A stretch of 39,218 nucleotides of DNA from an uncultured delta proteobacterium (GTDB taxonomy: Bacteria > Desulfobacterota > Binatia > UBA9968), in assembly GCA_963840855.1 (NCBI GenBank), contig CAWJBB010000093.1:1-39218 (forward strand), in the 5' to 3' direction. Shown here in pieces: positions 9,413 through 19,024 of the stretch. The position numbers and the translations under genes are program-made. Every line of letters begins with the position of its first letter. The first letter of the stretch is position 1. The notes below the pieces were generated by a model that had not been told where the DNA came from, ran no database searches, and saw only the letters and a list, made by a program, of their open reading frames with translations.

Positions 9413-10021
9413 ATGAAGCTAAAATTAAAAGACGAGAGCGAAATCCACGTCCTGAATAAGGCCCAGTTCCACGCGCGAGGGCTTCGGGCCATTGGGCATG
9501 ATCTTAGTAATTTGTTTCCGCAAACTCTCGAGATCACACTGCAGGGAATGAACTTTCAGGTCATTGGGCGATATCTTCCGCGAGACCCTAGCGGGATGGG
9601 CGCTCAAGGCAGCAGGCAATTGCTGGACAAGCTGAAGAGCAAACTCCTGCGGGATCAATCTCCTGTCCCGCCGGCTGAAAACTCTACGGTGCCCATCAGT
9701 TTTGATCGCACCTACACGCCCGTCGATATCGACCGGATGGAGGAGAGCGGCGCCAATCGCAGAAATGAAATCGATAAGGTGCCGGATATCTATAGTCTGG
9801 GCGAGATGTTGCGCATGGTGGGACGAATCGTGGATTCCGACGGACGGCGATTGCTCAGCCTATCGAGGGACAAGTACGGTGTGGCATTCGAATATGAAGA
9901 CGGCGCCGGCCAGAAACAAAAACGCGAGTTCAGTAACTTGCAATTATACAAGCTGCAACAACAATATTACGCTGAACGAGGCACCTACGTGCCGATCGAT
10001 GACTGGAAAGGTTCCTTTTGA
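9413..10021 (+). CDS. Hypothetical protein, about 202 aa (start uncertain)
   Basis: Long ORF with two similar segments (ARGLRAIGHDL / GEMLRMVGRIVD); ATG 9413 preferred over TTG 9224. Confidence 0.6.
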   Translation: MKLKLKDESEIHVLNKAQFHARGLRAIGHDLSNLFPQTLEITLQGMNFQVIGRYLPRDPSGMGAQGSRQLLDKLKSKLLRDQSPVPPAENSTVPISFDRTYTPVDIDRMEESGANRRNEIDKVPDIYSLGEMLRMVGRIVDSDGRRLLSLSRDKYGVAFEYEDGAGQKQKREFSNLQLYKLQQQYYAERGTYVPIDDWKGSF

Positions 10022-10193
10022 GCGGCAGAACGGGTTGCGCTCGCTTTCATGGAATTTCCGACGCCTGATCTACGCACTTCTTGATCAGAAATCTCGCTTT
10101 GTTTCCCGACAACTTTCCGCCCTCTCATACGCCCCGATAACCAAGGGCAAATAATCTTCAGCTCTGCCACCTGCAGCCGGACCCGAGACTGTT

Positions 10194-10388
10194 TCAGAAG
10201 TTTCTGCCGCCCCAAAGCACCTTCAGAAAACCGCTCTGCTCCAAATGCTCGGCAAAGCTGTTGTCGACGAAGTCCCAGGCTTTCTTGGTGATCTTGCCGC
10301 CGGCTTCACGCGCCACTTCCACCGAATCCGCCACGGCATCGAGCGGCACGACGACGCGGCGGTTCACATGTTTTTTGGCATAGGCGCC
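10194..10388 (-). pseudogene. 3' remnant of a NitT/TauT-type SBP gene (not in the ORF track)
   Basis: Translates GAYAKKHVNRRVVVPLDAVADSVEVAREAGGKITKKAWDFVDNSFAEHLEQSGFLKVLWGGRNF*, similar to the DFIDSRLVKKLEESGFFKKL end of the 25242-26265 SBP. An in-frame TAG lies directly upstream. Confidence 0.7.
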
Positions 10389-10495
10389 CTATAACAGGAA
10401 TCGCACCGCCGGCTGGAACGCGCGTGTTTTTCGTGACAGCCCTCTGGTCGAAGGTTTCATGAATCGCGCCGTTCTTCGGCAAGATAAGCTGACGC

Positions 10496-12202
10496 TCAGC
10501 CCAGTGGTTGGGCGCCCGCGCCGTTTCCCAGCACCCTGCCGGGATAGACGCCCGTATGTTCGCCGTCCTCGACCAATACCTTGCCGTTTACGACGGTCAA
10601 CTTGACTCCTATAGCTTTTTGTACGAGGCGCTTCTCGCCGCCCGGCAAGTCGTTGACCATCTCGGGTTCGCACTCGCGCACAGTGTCGGGGTTGAAAAGC
10701 ACCAGATCCGCCGCCATTCCTCTGCGGATGAGGCCGCGGTCGTCCAGGCCAAACAGCGAAGCAACCATAAATGTAAGCTTGCGGATGCCTTCCTCCAAGC
10801 TCATCACTTTTTGCTCGCGAATCCAGTAACCGAGAAAGCGGGTAGCGTAGCCGTACCCCGCGTGGTAAATGAGGTGCGCTCCCGCGTCCGACTGGCCCAC
10901 CAGGGTGATGGGACTCTTGAGGATTTCCTTTGTCGCTTGTTCGTCTCTGGCGCCGGAGTTTTGGAACATCGTCTCCAGATTTTCTTCCAGGGCGATGTCG
11001 AGGAAAGTATCGATGACGTCCTTGTCTTGAGACCGGGCGATTTCCTGCAAATGTTTTCCTTCGAATTCCTTATGCTTCGGCAACGCGGCTTTGATCAGAA
11101 AGATCTGGTCCCAGCGCCGGGTAAAATTCACGGAGCGCGTGTCGTCCACCGCTTCGAAGCGGAGCTTTTGGCGCATTTCCGGATCGCGAAACAGCTCCGC
11201 GCGGTTTTCTACGGGCAAAAACATGATCTTCTTCCAGGTTGGCAGCTCGTCGAAGGTCTGCGCGTTCTTGAGCGTAAAGCGGCCATTGAAAAGCCGGGCA
11301 TTGCAGAGAGGGTAAGAAGGCACGCCGCTGGCGAGAGAGTCCTGGGCGAGGCCGAGGAGTCGCTTCCAGAGATCCGGCGCATTCAAGCGATGAGCGATGC
11401 TCTGCCATATCACGGGCCGGCCGGATGTTTCGGCCAGACGGTGAAACAGGTTGACATCTTCCTCGGCGGGCCGGGCTATGCCTAACGTGCCGCGCGAAAT
11501 CTGCATGGAGCCGCGATTGACCTCGCCAAGCACGCCGGCCAATTCGAGAATCTCCTCATCGGTTGCCAGACGGCTTGGAATCGGCCTGCCGTCCTCGCGC
11601 ATGTGGCGGCGATTCTGGTTGGTCGAAAAGCCGATGGCGCCGGCGCTCAAGCCCTCGCGCAGGATATTTTTCATCTGTTCGATTTCATCTGGAGTAGCGG
11701 CGCGCTCCGAGGATTCTTCCCCCATGACGAATTGGCGCATGGCACAGTGCCCCATGAGAGCCGCGACATTGACGCCGAGTTTTTGCCTGAGCCGCGCCAG
11801 GTATTCCGGGAAGGTTGTCCATTCCCATTTTACTGCTTCGCGCAACACCTGAGACGGCATAGCCTCGACTCGTACAAAGGAGCCGATGACGTTTTCGCGA
11901 TCTTGCGGATGACAGGGCGCGAGAGAGAGGCCGCAGTTCCCTGGAATCAGGGTGGTCACGCCGTGAAAGCATGAAGAAGTGGCAAGCGGATCCCATAAAA
12001 GCTGGGCATCCATATGAGTGTGGAAATCGATAAAACCTGGTGCCACAGCCAAGCCATCCGCGTCGACGACTCGATGCGCGCTACCGCTCACCCGCCCGAC
12101 CTCGGCAATCCGATCACCGATGACGGCGACGTCTCCCATCCGGGACGGCAGGCCGCTGCCGTCGTAGATCCGGCCCCCCTTGATTATCAAGTCGTAGGTC
12201 AT
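10496..12202 (-). CDS. N-acyl-D-amino-acid deacylase (amidohydrolase family)
   Basis: PGFIDFHTHMD, GNCG, SDAGAH, G..ADLVLF. Confidence 0.9.
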   Translation of the reverse strand: MTYDLIIKGGRIYDGSGLPSRMGDVAVIGDRIAEVGRVSGSAHRVVDADGLAVAPGFIDFHTHMDAQLLWDPLATSSCFHGVTTLIPGNCGLSLAPCHPQDRENVIGSFVRVEAMPSQVLREAVKWEWTTFPEYLARLRQKLGVNVAALMGHCAMRQFVMGEESSERAATPDEIEQMKNILREGLSAGAIGFSTNQNRRHMREDGRPIPSRLATDEEILELAGVLGEVNRGSMQISRGTLGIARPAEEDVNLFHRLAETSGRPVIWQSIAHRLNAPDLWKRLLGLAQDSLASGVPSYPLCNARLFNGRFTLKNAQTFDELPTWKKIMFLPVENRAELFRDPEMRQKLRFEAVDDTRSVNFTRRWDQIFLIKAALPKHKEFEGKHLQEIARSQDKDVIDTFLDIALEENLETMFQNSGARDEQATKEILKSPITLVGQSDAGAHLIYHAGYGYATRFLGYWIREQKVMSLEEGIRKLTFMVASLFGLDDRGLIRRGMAADLVLFNPDTVRECEPEMVNDLPGGEKRLVQKAIGVKLTVVNGKVLVEDGEHTGVYPGRVLGNGAGAQPLG

Positions 12203-12378
12203 AATCGAGCTCCTTTTATTCGCTGCGCCTCACTGGCTACTGCTAAATTTACACTCGTTTGTTTATAACCAACATGCTTCGTGACTGTCAATGCAAATAA
12301 CGCCCGCATGCAAATAACGGCCGCATCGACGAGCGCGGTTTTTCGTGCTACCGGTTGAATATTTAATCCCCACGGGAA

Positions 12379-14016
12379 ATGGAACCTTCCACGACTGAAG
12401 TCCCGCGTCCCAACGTGGCGCGCAACGCCGGAGTCATTAGCCTTGCCGTGATGGCGAGCCGAGTGCTCGGTTTGGTGCGGGATCAAGTGTTCGCGATTTT
12501 CTTCGGCGCCGGCTTTCACTACGACGCCTTTCTCACCGCTTTTCGTATTCCCAACCTCCTGCGCGACCTATTCGCCGAGGGCGCTCTCTCTTCGGCGTTC
12601 GTGACCACCTTCACGCAGGTGCTGGAGAAAAAAGGCGAGAAGGAAGCGATCCGTCTTTCCAATCGCGTTGCGACGTTGATCATCATCGTTATCACCATCA
12701 TATCGGTGTTCGCCTGGTTCGAAGCGCCGGCGATCGTCGGCGCCCTCGCTCCCGGGTTTTTCGCGCTCCCCGGCAAGGCCGAGTTGGCCACTGAACTTAC
12801 ACGCATCATGATTCCGTTCCTGCTGTTTATCGCGCTGGCGGCGCAGGCGATGGGAATCTTAAACGCCCATGGTCGCTTTGGCGTTCCTGCTATGGCGTCG
12901 GCGTTCTTTAACCTCGGATCCATCATCGGCGGTCTTTTGCTCGGCTTCGCGCTGGGCCCTCATATCGGCCTTAGTGCTATTGCGGGAATGGCGTATGGCA
13001 CGGTGATCGGTGGTTTCCTGCAATTCGCCGTTCAATGGCCGAGCTTGAGGCGCGTTGGTTTCAATTATCGCCCGATGCTCAGTCTGAGCGATCCCGGTGT
13101 GCGCCAGATCATTGGCATGATGGGGCCGGCCATCATTGGCACGGCGGCGGTGCAGATCAATATATTCGTCAATACTAACTTCGCCTCGTCGATCATCGAT
13201 CCGGCCACCGGCGCCGTGGCCAACGGGCCGGTGTCGTGGCTGAATTATGCTTTTCGCTTCATGCAATTTCCCATCGGCGTCTTTGGCGTCGCTATTGCGA
13301 CGGCGGCGCTGCCGCAACTTTCGCGCGACGGCGCGCGCGCCGACTACGATAGTTTTCGCCGCACGCTGGTCCATGCGCTGACCTTGGTTTTCGTGCTGTG
13401 CATTCCGGCCGCCGCCGGGCTCGCGGTATTGGGACGGCCCATCATCGCATTGATCTTCGAGCATGGGCGCTTTACCGCTTTCGACACGGTGCAGACGGGT
13501 AACGCCTTGGCAGCTTATGCGATCGGTCTGGCGGGTTACGCCGCGGTGAAGGTGTTGTCGCCGGCATTTTACGCCTTCGGCTCGGCGCGCACGCCGATGC
13601 TTATCAGTCTCGGCTCGATTGCGGTCAATTATCTGATGAATGCAGTTCTCGTCGGTCCCTTCGGTCACGTCGGCTTGGCGGTTTCAACTTCCAGCGTGGC
13701 GCTGGTCAATTGTCTACTACTCGGGGTTTTCATGCGCCGCAAGCTCGGCGGTATCGCGGGGCGCGAGTTGAGCCTGAAGGCGCTGCGGATTGCCGCTGCT
13801 TCGGTGCCGATGGCCGGGGTGGCGTGGTTGGTGAACGATTTCGCCACCCTGCTGCCGCTGGTGGGATTGGCGCTCAATTTAGTGCGCGTTCTCCTGGCCA
13901 TCGCGCTCGCGGCGATTACCTTCTATTTTGTCTGCCGTTGGTTTCGGATCGCCGAGGTGGACGAGGCCGTGGGCGCCGTCGGTGGGCGATTGCTTCGGAG
14001 GTTACGGCGAAAGTAG
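12379..14016 (+). CDS. murJ: Lipid II flippase MurJ (MviN)
   Basis: SRVLGLVRD, AFRIPNLLRDLFAEGA, QFPIGVFGVAI, many TM helices. Confidence 0.95.
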   Translation: MEPSTTEVPRPNVARNAGVISLAVMASRVLGLVRDQVFAIFFGAGFHYDAFLTAFRIPNLLRDLFAEGALSSAFVTTFTQVLEKKGEKEAIRLSNRVATLIIIVITIISVFAWFEAPAIVGALAPGFFALPGKAELATELTRIMIPFLLFIALAAQAMGILNAHGRFGVPAMASAFFNLGSIIGGLLLGFALGPHIGLSAIAGMAYGTVIGGFLQFAVQWPSLRRVGFNYRPMLSLSDPGVRQIIGMMGPAIIGTAAVQINIFVNTNFASSIIDPATGAVANGPVSWLNYAFRFMQFPIGVFGVAIATAALPQLSRDGARADYDSFRRTLVHALTLVFVLCIPAAAGLAVLGRPIIALIFEHGRFTAFDTVQTGNALAAYAIGLAGYAAVKVLSPAFYAFGSARTPMLISLGSIAVNYLMNAVLVGPFGHVGLAVSTSSVALVNCLLLGVFMRRKLGGIAGRELSLKALRIAAASVPMAGVAWLVNDFATLLPLVGLALNLVRVLLAIALAAITFYFVCRWFRIAEVDEAVGAVGGRLLRRLRRK

Positions 14017-14084
14017 TGGAAGTAATTTATCGTGTCAGTCCAAGATGGGCGAAATTTTTCGTCTCGAAGACTGCTTTCCGATTT

Positions 14085-14175
14085 CGTCATTCTCGCGGAA
14101 GCGGGAAGCGGAATCCAGACTTTACCGCATTGCCCCTCTGTCGTCGCCTGGATGCCCGCTTGCGCGGGCATGACG
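14085..14175. repeat. REP-like inverted pair (CGTCATTCTCGCG...AATCCAG / CTGGATGCCCGCTTGCGCGGGCATGACG)
   Basis: Two imperfectly complementary arms, each with an internal palindrome, downstream of murJ. Confidence 0.75.
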
Positions 14176-14346
14176 GACTTTCAGTGCGACAGTTTTGAAC
14201 CTCTGGGCTTGGATCCCAGGGCGATTCAGTAACTCCTAAATCGTATTTTCGTTTAAGCGCCGGATTAAGGCGCCTTGACGCCCTTTAAAGTTCCCGTGTA
14301 ATGTCCGGCTGTCAAATAAGTGTTTGAGGGCATTGAGGAGTGATTT

Positions 14347-16098
14347 ATGACTGAAAAGAGTAGAACGGTTCCCGTCGGCAGTGGAGCGGAGGCGTTTTTA
14401 GCGCAGGCGCAGGCGCTTGGTTGCGTGCGCTATCTTTTTGCCAATACCGGCACCGATCACGGGCCGCTCATCGAAGCGCTGGCGAAAGCGGCCAAGGAAG
14501 ATCCCCGTGATATTCAACCCATCGTCGTGCCTCACGAGTTGGCGGCGGTGTCAATGGCGCATGGTTACTACAATGTCACGCAGCAGCCGCAGATGGTGCT
14601 GGTTCACACGTTGCCCGGAACGGCCAACGCGCTGGGCGGCCTTATCAACGCCAATTCGTCCAATGTGCCGCTGTTTCTGCTCGCGGGGCGGACGCCGATC
14701 ACCGAAGGCGAAGTGCGCGGCGGCAAGAGCCAGAATATTCACTGGCGGCAGGAGTCGCGAGATCAAGGCGGCATTGTCCGCGAGTTCGTCAAATGGGACT
14801 ACGAGCTTCGCACCAATCAAAATCTTCCAGCGGTGGTCGCGCGGGCGTACAAAATTGCCATGAGCGAACCGCGCGGGCCGGTTTATCTGACCCTGCCGCG
14901 GGAATGGCTGTGCGAAGTGATGGAGTCCACCCAGGTGATATCGGAGCCGCTGGTGCCCGCCTCCAAGGCGCAAGCGGATCCCGCGGTGCTGGAGCAAGTC
15001 GCCGAGTTATTGCTCGGCGCGGAAAGCCCGCTCATCGTAACCAAGTACCTCGGCCGCAATCCCGAGGCGGTGGCGCACTTGGTTACGCTCGCCGAGGCGC
15101 TATCGATTCCGGTTGTGCAGAATCTAAATTATGTCAATTTTCCAACCGATAACCCGCTGTACGTTGGCAACCAGACACTCAAATATGCCAAGGATGCCGA
15201 CGTGCTCTTCTTCATGGATATCGATGTGCCTTGGGAGCCGCCGCGCCGCGACGCGATCAGGTCTGACGTGAAAATCATTCATCTCGAACGCGATCCGCTG
15301 TTTACGGGGATTCCAGGCTGGGGTTTTCCGGCTGATCTGCCGGTGACGGCCTGTTCGGAGATCGCGCTTCCCGTGCTGAATTCTATCGTCAAAAACAAAT
15401 TGGCGGCTGGCGCAGGCGATAAAGGGAAACTGGCGGAGCGCCGAAAAAGGACCGAAGCCGAACACAACGCGTTGATGCGTGAAATTGCATCGAGCATCGA
15501 TGCGGCGAAGAACCAGAAACCGATCAATCCACTATGGGCGTCGAAATGCATCGGCGACATCATGGATGACAAGACGATTATTTTCAACGAAACGGTGACA
15601 TCCAAGCTTGCCGAGGTGATTCCTCTCAACCGGCCGGGCGCGCAGTTCAGCACTCCGCCGGCGGGCCATTTGGGCTGGGCCCTCGGCGCCGCGGTTGGCG
15701 CCAAGCTTGGCGCCCCGGACGCGACGGTGATCGCCGCGGTGGGCGACGGCTCCTATATGTTCTGTGCGCCGACGGCCTGTCATTTTACGGCGCAAAAATA
15801 TCGCATCCCATTTCTCACCGTCGTCTACAATAATCAGGTCTGGAACGCGAGCATTGCGGCGGCGCGCGGGCTTTATCCCGACGGCGTGGCGCGAAAGACG
15901 AACAACTTTCCGGGCACCGATTTGAGCCCGTCGCCGCAATTTGAATTGACTGCGCAGGCGTGCGGCGCTTACGCCGAACGGGTCGAAGACCCGGACCAAT
16001 TACCGCGGGCGCTGGAGCGCGCCTTGAAAGCGGTGAAGCAAGACGGGCGCCAGGCATTGCTGAACGTGGTCTGCAAAAATCCCATGGGGGATCGGTAG
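14347..16098 (+). CDS. Thiamine pyrophosphate-requiring enzyme (acetolactate synthase/benzoylformate decarboxylase-like)
   Basis: PHE..AVSMAHGY, GPVYL, TPP-binding GDGSYMF...NN; GAGGAG RBS. Confidence 0.9.
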   Translation: MTEKSRTVPVGSGAEAFLAQAQALGCVRYLFANTGTDHGPLIEALAKAAKEDPRDIQPIVVPHELAAVSMAHGYYNVTQQPQMVLVHTLPGTANALGGLINANSSNVPLFLLAGRTPITEGEVRGGKSQNIHWRQESRDQGGIVREFVKWDYELRTNQNLPAVVARAYKIAMSEPRGPVYLTLPREWLCEVMESTQVISEPLVPASKAQADPAVLEQVAELLLGAESPLIVTKYLGRNPEAVAHLVTLAEALSIPVVQNLNYVNFPTDNPLYVGNQTLKYAKDADVLFFMDIDVPWEPPRRDAIRSDVKIIHLERDPLFTGIPGWGFPADLPVTACSEIALPVLNSIVKNKLAAGAGDKGKLAERRKRTEAEHNALMREIASSIDAAKNQKPINPLWASKCIGDIMDDKTIIFNETVTSKLAEVIPLNRPGAQFSTPPAGHLGWALGAAVGAKLGAPDATVIAAVGDGSYMFCAPTACHFTAQKYRIPFLTVVYNNQVWNASIAAARGLYPDGVARKTNNFPGTDLSPSPQFELTAQACGAYAERVEDPDQLPRALERALKAVKQDGRQALLNVVCKNPMGDR

Positions 16099-16135
16099 AT
16101 GGAAAGACGGAAACATTTGGCGGTGCAATAGAATT

Positions 16136-16195
16136 GTAGGGGCGACCCTGCGTGGTCGCCCGTCCCAGAAGGCAGACACATAGGTCTGCCCCTAC
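16136..16195. repeat. GTAG-family REP doublet
   Basis: GTAGGGGCGACCCTGCGTGGTCGCCC ... GGCAGACACATAGGTCTGCCCCTAC. Confidence 0.8.
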
Positions 16196-16224
16196 AAATT
16201 CATACGGCATGTGGAGGAATAACG

Positions 16225-17217
16225 ATGGCGCAAAACAAACCGAAGATTACTTTCAGCACGAATCCCAACCCGCGTAACCGCGCGCTCATCGATGGCTTGA
16301 TTCCAATCGACGGTTACGATCTCGAATATGTCGGCGACAAATATTCGCCGGGAGAAATGCATTATCGCTTTGTGCAGGGCGAGTTCGATGTCGCCGAGAT
16401 GTCGACGGCGACCTTGATGCGCGCCAAGGAGAAGGGCAAGCGCTTCGCCGCGTTGCCGGTGTTCTTTCAGCGCGGCCCGCGGCAGCGTAATATTTTTTAT
16501 CGCGAGGGCAGCCTTAAACATCCAAGCGAGCTCAAGGGTAAACAGATTGGCGCATTCCGTTATGGCGCCACAGCGGTATCATGGGCGCGCGGATACCTTT
16601 TGGATGAACATGGCATCAAGACGACCGATGTCGGCTGGTTCGTATCTGGCCAGGAAGTTTACATCGGCACCGAGCTGCCGGTGAAAGTCGAGCGGCTTGA
16701 TCCGCCACCGCCCTTCGGCCAAGAAAAAGCGCAGCTCTCAAAGCTTGTCAGCGAAGGCAAGCTCGCGGCGGCTTTGGTTGCCGGCGACTCGGGATACCCG
16801 GCGCTCTTCGGCGGCGGAACTTTGCCGGCCTCGATGGGGAAGTCTCCCGGTGTGAAACCGTTGTTCGAAGACGCCGATGAAATCATACGCTACGTGAAAC
16901 GGACGCAGATTTATCCAATCATTCATATCGTGACGATCAAAGAGGAAACGGTAGAGCAATATCCCGATCTGGCGGCGAAATTGATCGAAGCCTTTCGGGA
17001 GGCGAACCGGCTCGCACCGAAATACTTCAAGGAAGGCGATGCCGCCGGTTACGCCAAAGAGCGCGACGTGCTCGGTTACGATCCCTACGCCTGCGTGCTC
17101 ACCGAATCCGACAAGAAATCTATCCAGGCGTTAAACCGGTACCAGATCGAGCAGGGGTTGGTGAAGAAAGAACTCCCTCTCGAGAGTCTGTTCGTGAAGG
17201 AAGCCTTTACGATGTAA
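16225..17217 (+). CDS. 4,5-dihydroxyphthalate decarboxylase-like protein (PBP2 fold, no signal peptide)
   Basis: RALIDG, EFDVAEMS, LPVF, IYPIIH, DPYA..L motifs typical of this family. Confidence 0.7.
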   Translation: MAQNKPKITFSTNPNPRNRALIDGLIPIDGYDLEYVGDKYSPGEMHYRFVQGEFDVAEMSTATLMRAKEKGKRFAALPVFFQRGPRQRNIFYREGSLKHPSELKGKQIGAFRYGATAVSWARGYLLDEHGIKTTDVGWFVSGQEVYIGTELPVKVERLDPPPPFGQEKAQLSKLVSEGKLAAALVAGDSGYPALFGGGTLPASMGKSPGVKPLFEDADEIIRYVKRTQIYPIIHIVTIKEETVEQYPDLAAKLIEAFREANRLAPKYFKEGDAAGYAKERDVLGYDPYACVLTESDKKSIQALNRYQIEQGLVKKELPLESLFVKEAFTM

Positions 17218-17230
17218 AGCTCGGCCGGCA

Positions 17231-17337
17231 CGAAAAAACCGGCCGTCCTCTACATGGACACGCTCATACAGCTCAGACCCACCACACGGCAATAAATTCC
17301 CAGGCGGCGTGACAGGCGTGGGCGACCGGTTTTTTCG
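17231..17337. repeat. Long-loop inverted repeat with A/T-tract ends (possible bidirectional terminator or structured RNA)
   Basis: CGAAAAAACCGGCCGTCC (17231-17248) vs GGGCGACCGGTTTTTTCG (17320-17337), 16/18 complementary. Confidence 0.5.
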
Positions 17338-17399
17338 CCAACGCTGTCCGCCGGAGTGGGTATTTCTAGAACTTGTTGCTCAAGGAGTGAAGTACGGCA

Positions 17400-18284
17400 A
17401 TGAAAATCGTTGTTACAGGGGGAGCAGGAAGACTTGGACGATATGTCATAAGAGAACTTCTAGGACACGGTCATGAGGTTTCATCCATCGACATGGTTGT
17501 GCCCGCGGAACAGGCCTGCCCCTCATTCGCCGTGGATTTGGCAGAGGTAAAGGGCCTTTTTAGTGTCTTTGAAGGCGCGCAGGCGGTTATGCATCTGGCG
17601 CGAATACCGTTTCCTTACACGGCCAATGGCTTCGATCCTGCGAGCAGGCGTTGGAATACTCCGGATGTCGCGGCAGACACAGAGAGATTTTCTCGCAATG
17701 TGACGATTAGCTACAATGTCCTGGTTGCGTCGCTGGAGGCGGGAGTAAAAAGGATTGTTTCCGGTTCGAGCCTTGCGGTCTACGGGCTTTACTATCCTTC
17801 CTGCCCGAATGCGCCTGATTACCTACCCATTGACGAGACTCACCCTCTCATTCCGCAGGATCCCTATGGAATGACGAAGCTCGTGGGAGAAAAAATCTGT
17901 GATGCATTCGCCAGGAAGAAGGAGATCCAGATTGCCAGCCTGCGCTTTGCCGGTATCGCGACGGATGAGCAATATCCAATTTTGCTGGAGAGACGAAAGG
18001 ATCCTCTTTGGCGGGGGACGGGGGCGTTGTGGAGCTACATCGACGTGAGAGACGCGGCGGCAGCTTGCCGATTGGCGGTGGAGCGGGATTTTTCCGGCCA
18101 TGAAGCGTTCAATATATGCGCGCCCAAGACGATCATGCAGGAACCCACCAGCGAGCTTGTTGAGCGCTATCTGCCTCAGGTTAAGCTCATCAAGTCAAGC
18201 CTGAAGGAAAACTGGTGCGGCTATGATGCCGGTAAAGCCGAGAGCATCTTGGGTTTCCGCGCCGCACGCCTCCTCGTGGTTTGA
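17400..18284 (+). CDS. NAD-dependent epimerase/dehydratase (extended SDR)
   Basis: TGGAGRLG, PYGMTK (YxxxK), YIDVRD. Confidence 0.88.
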   Translation: MKIVVTGGAGRLGRYVIRELLGHGHEVSSIDMVVPAEQACPSFAVDLAEVKGLFSVFEGAQAVMHLARIPFPYTANGFDPASRRWNTPDVAADTERFSRNVTISYNVLVASLEAGVKRIVSGSSLAVYGLYYPSCPNAPDYLPIDETHPLIPQDPYGMTKLVGEKICDAFARKKEIQIASLRFAGIATDEQYPILLERRKDPLWRGTGALWSYIDVRDAAAACRLAVERDFSGHEAFNICAPKTIMQEPTSELVERYLPQVKLIKSSLKENWCGYDAGKAESILGFRAARLLVV

Positions 18285-18314
18285 CGTATTGTATCTAGCG
18301 GAAGGAGAATTGAT

Positions 18315-19004
18315 ATGAAATCGCAAGGCTCTCTTAGACAACGCCTCGAGGCTGCGGTCATGGAGCGTCACTGCGCCAACCATCCACTTACCGAGAAGTG
18401 GGTTGGGGGCCAGATCAGCCGCAACGCCATGATGGGATGGGCCATTGAGCACTGGCATTGGGTGAACAAGATGCCGGAGGCAGCCTTCTCTATCTGCGCT
18501 AAGGCGCCAAAAGACGTGATCGCCATGGAACTGGAGAATCTCCGTGAAGAGACCGACGAGGCGCGACCTCATCTGGACATCGTGCTCAGATTTGCCCAGG
18601 CTAACGGCGCCGATATCGAAGCGGTTAAGACGGGTCGCGGATTGCCAACCACGGAAGCATGGGCCAACTGGCTTATCCGGGCGGCGAAAGAACAACCTTG
18701 GATTAAGGGTGTTGCGGCCCTTCGCATCGGTACCGAATCGCAATCTCCTCTCCTTTACGGGCGCATGCTGCCAGCCCTGCGAAATATCTATCGCTTCAAA
18801 GAGGAAGACATTGAACATTTCTGGCTGCATGTCGGGGCCGATACCGAACACGGAGGTCGCGCGTTCGATCTCCTGGAACGACACTGCACGACCCCAGAGC
18901 TCCAGGAAATGGCGATCCATTACGCCCGCGAAAGCGCCAAGATGCGCTGGTTCTATTTCGATGGTATTTATCTACACTATGAGACGGGCTATAAGTTGGC
19001 CTGA
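18315..19004 (+). CDS. Heme-oxygenase-like diiron protein (CADD/PqqC/TenA superfamily)
   Basis: NHP at N-terminus; E-x6-H (ETDEARPH), ESQ, H-x3-D-x2-H (HVGADTEH). Confidence 0.8.
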   Translation: MKSQGSLRQRLEAAVMERHCANHPLTEKWVGGQISRNAMMGWAIEHWHWVNKMPEAAFSICAKAPKDVIAMELENLREETDEARPHLDIVLRFAQANGADIEAVKTGRGLPTTEAWANWLIRAAKEQPWIKGVAALRIGTESQSPLLYGRMLPALRNIYRFKEEDIEHFWLHVGADTEHGGRAFDLLERHCTTPELQEMAIHYARESAKMRWFYFDGIYLHYETGYKLA

Positions 19005-19024
19005 CGAAAGGGCGGGGTGATGCC

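Noticed and set aside
10508-11485. 325-aa plus-strand ORF and other long antisense ORFs (12859-13668, 27337-28071, 30784-31515, 34276-35130)
   Set aside because: They overlap well-supported genes on the opposite strand, as expected in GC-rich DNA.
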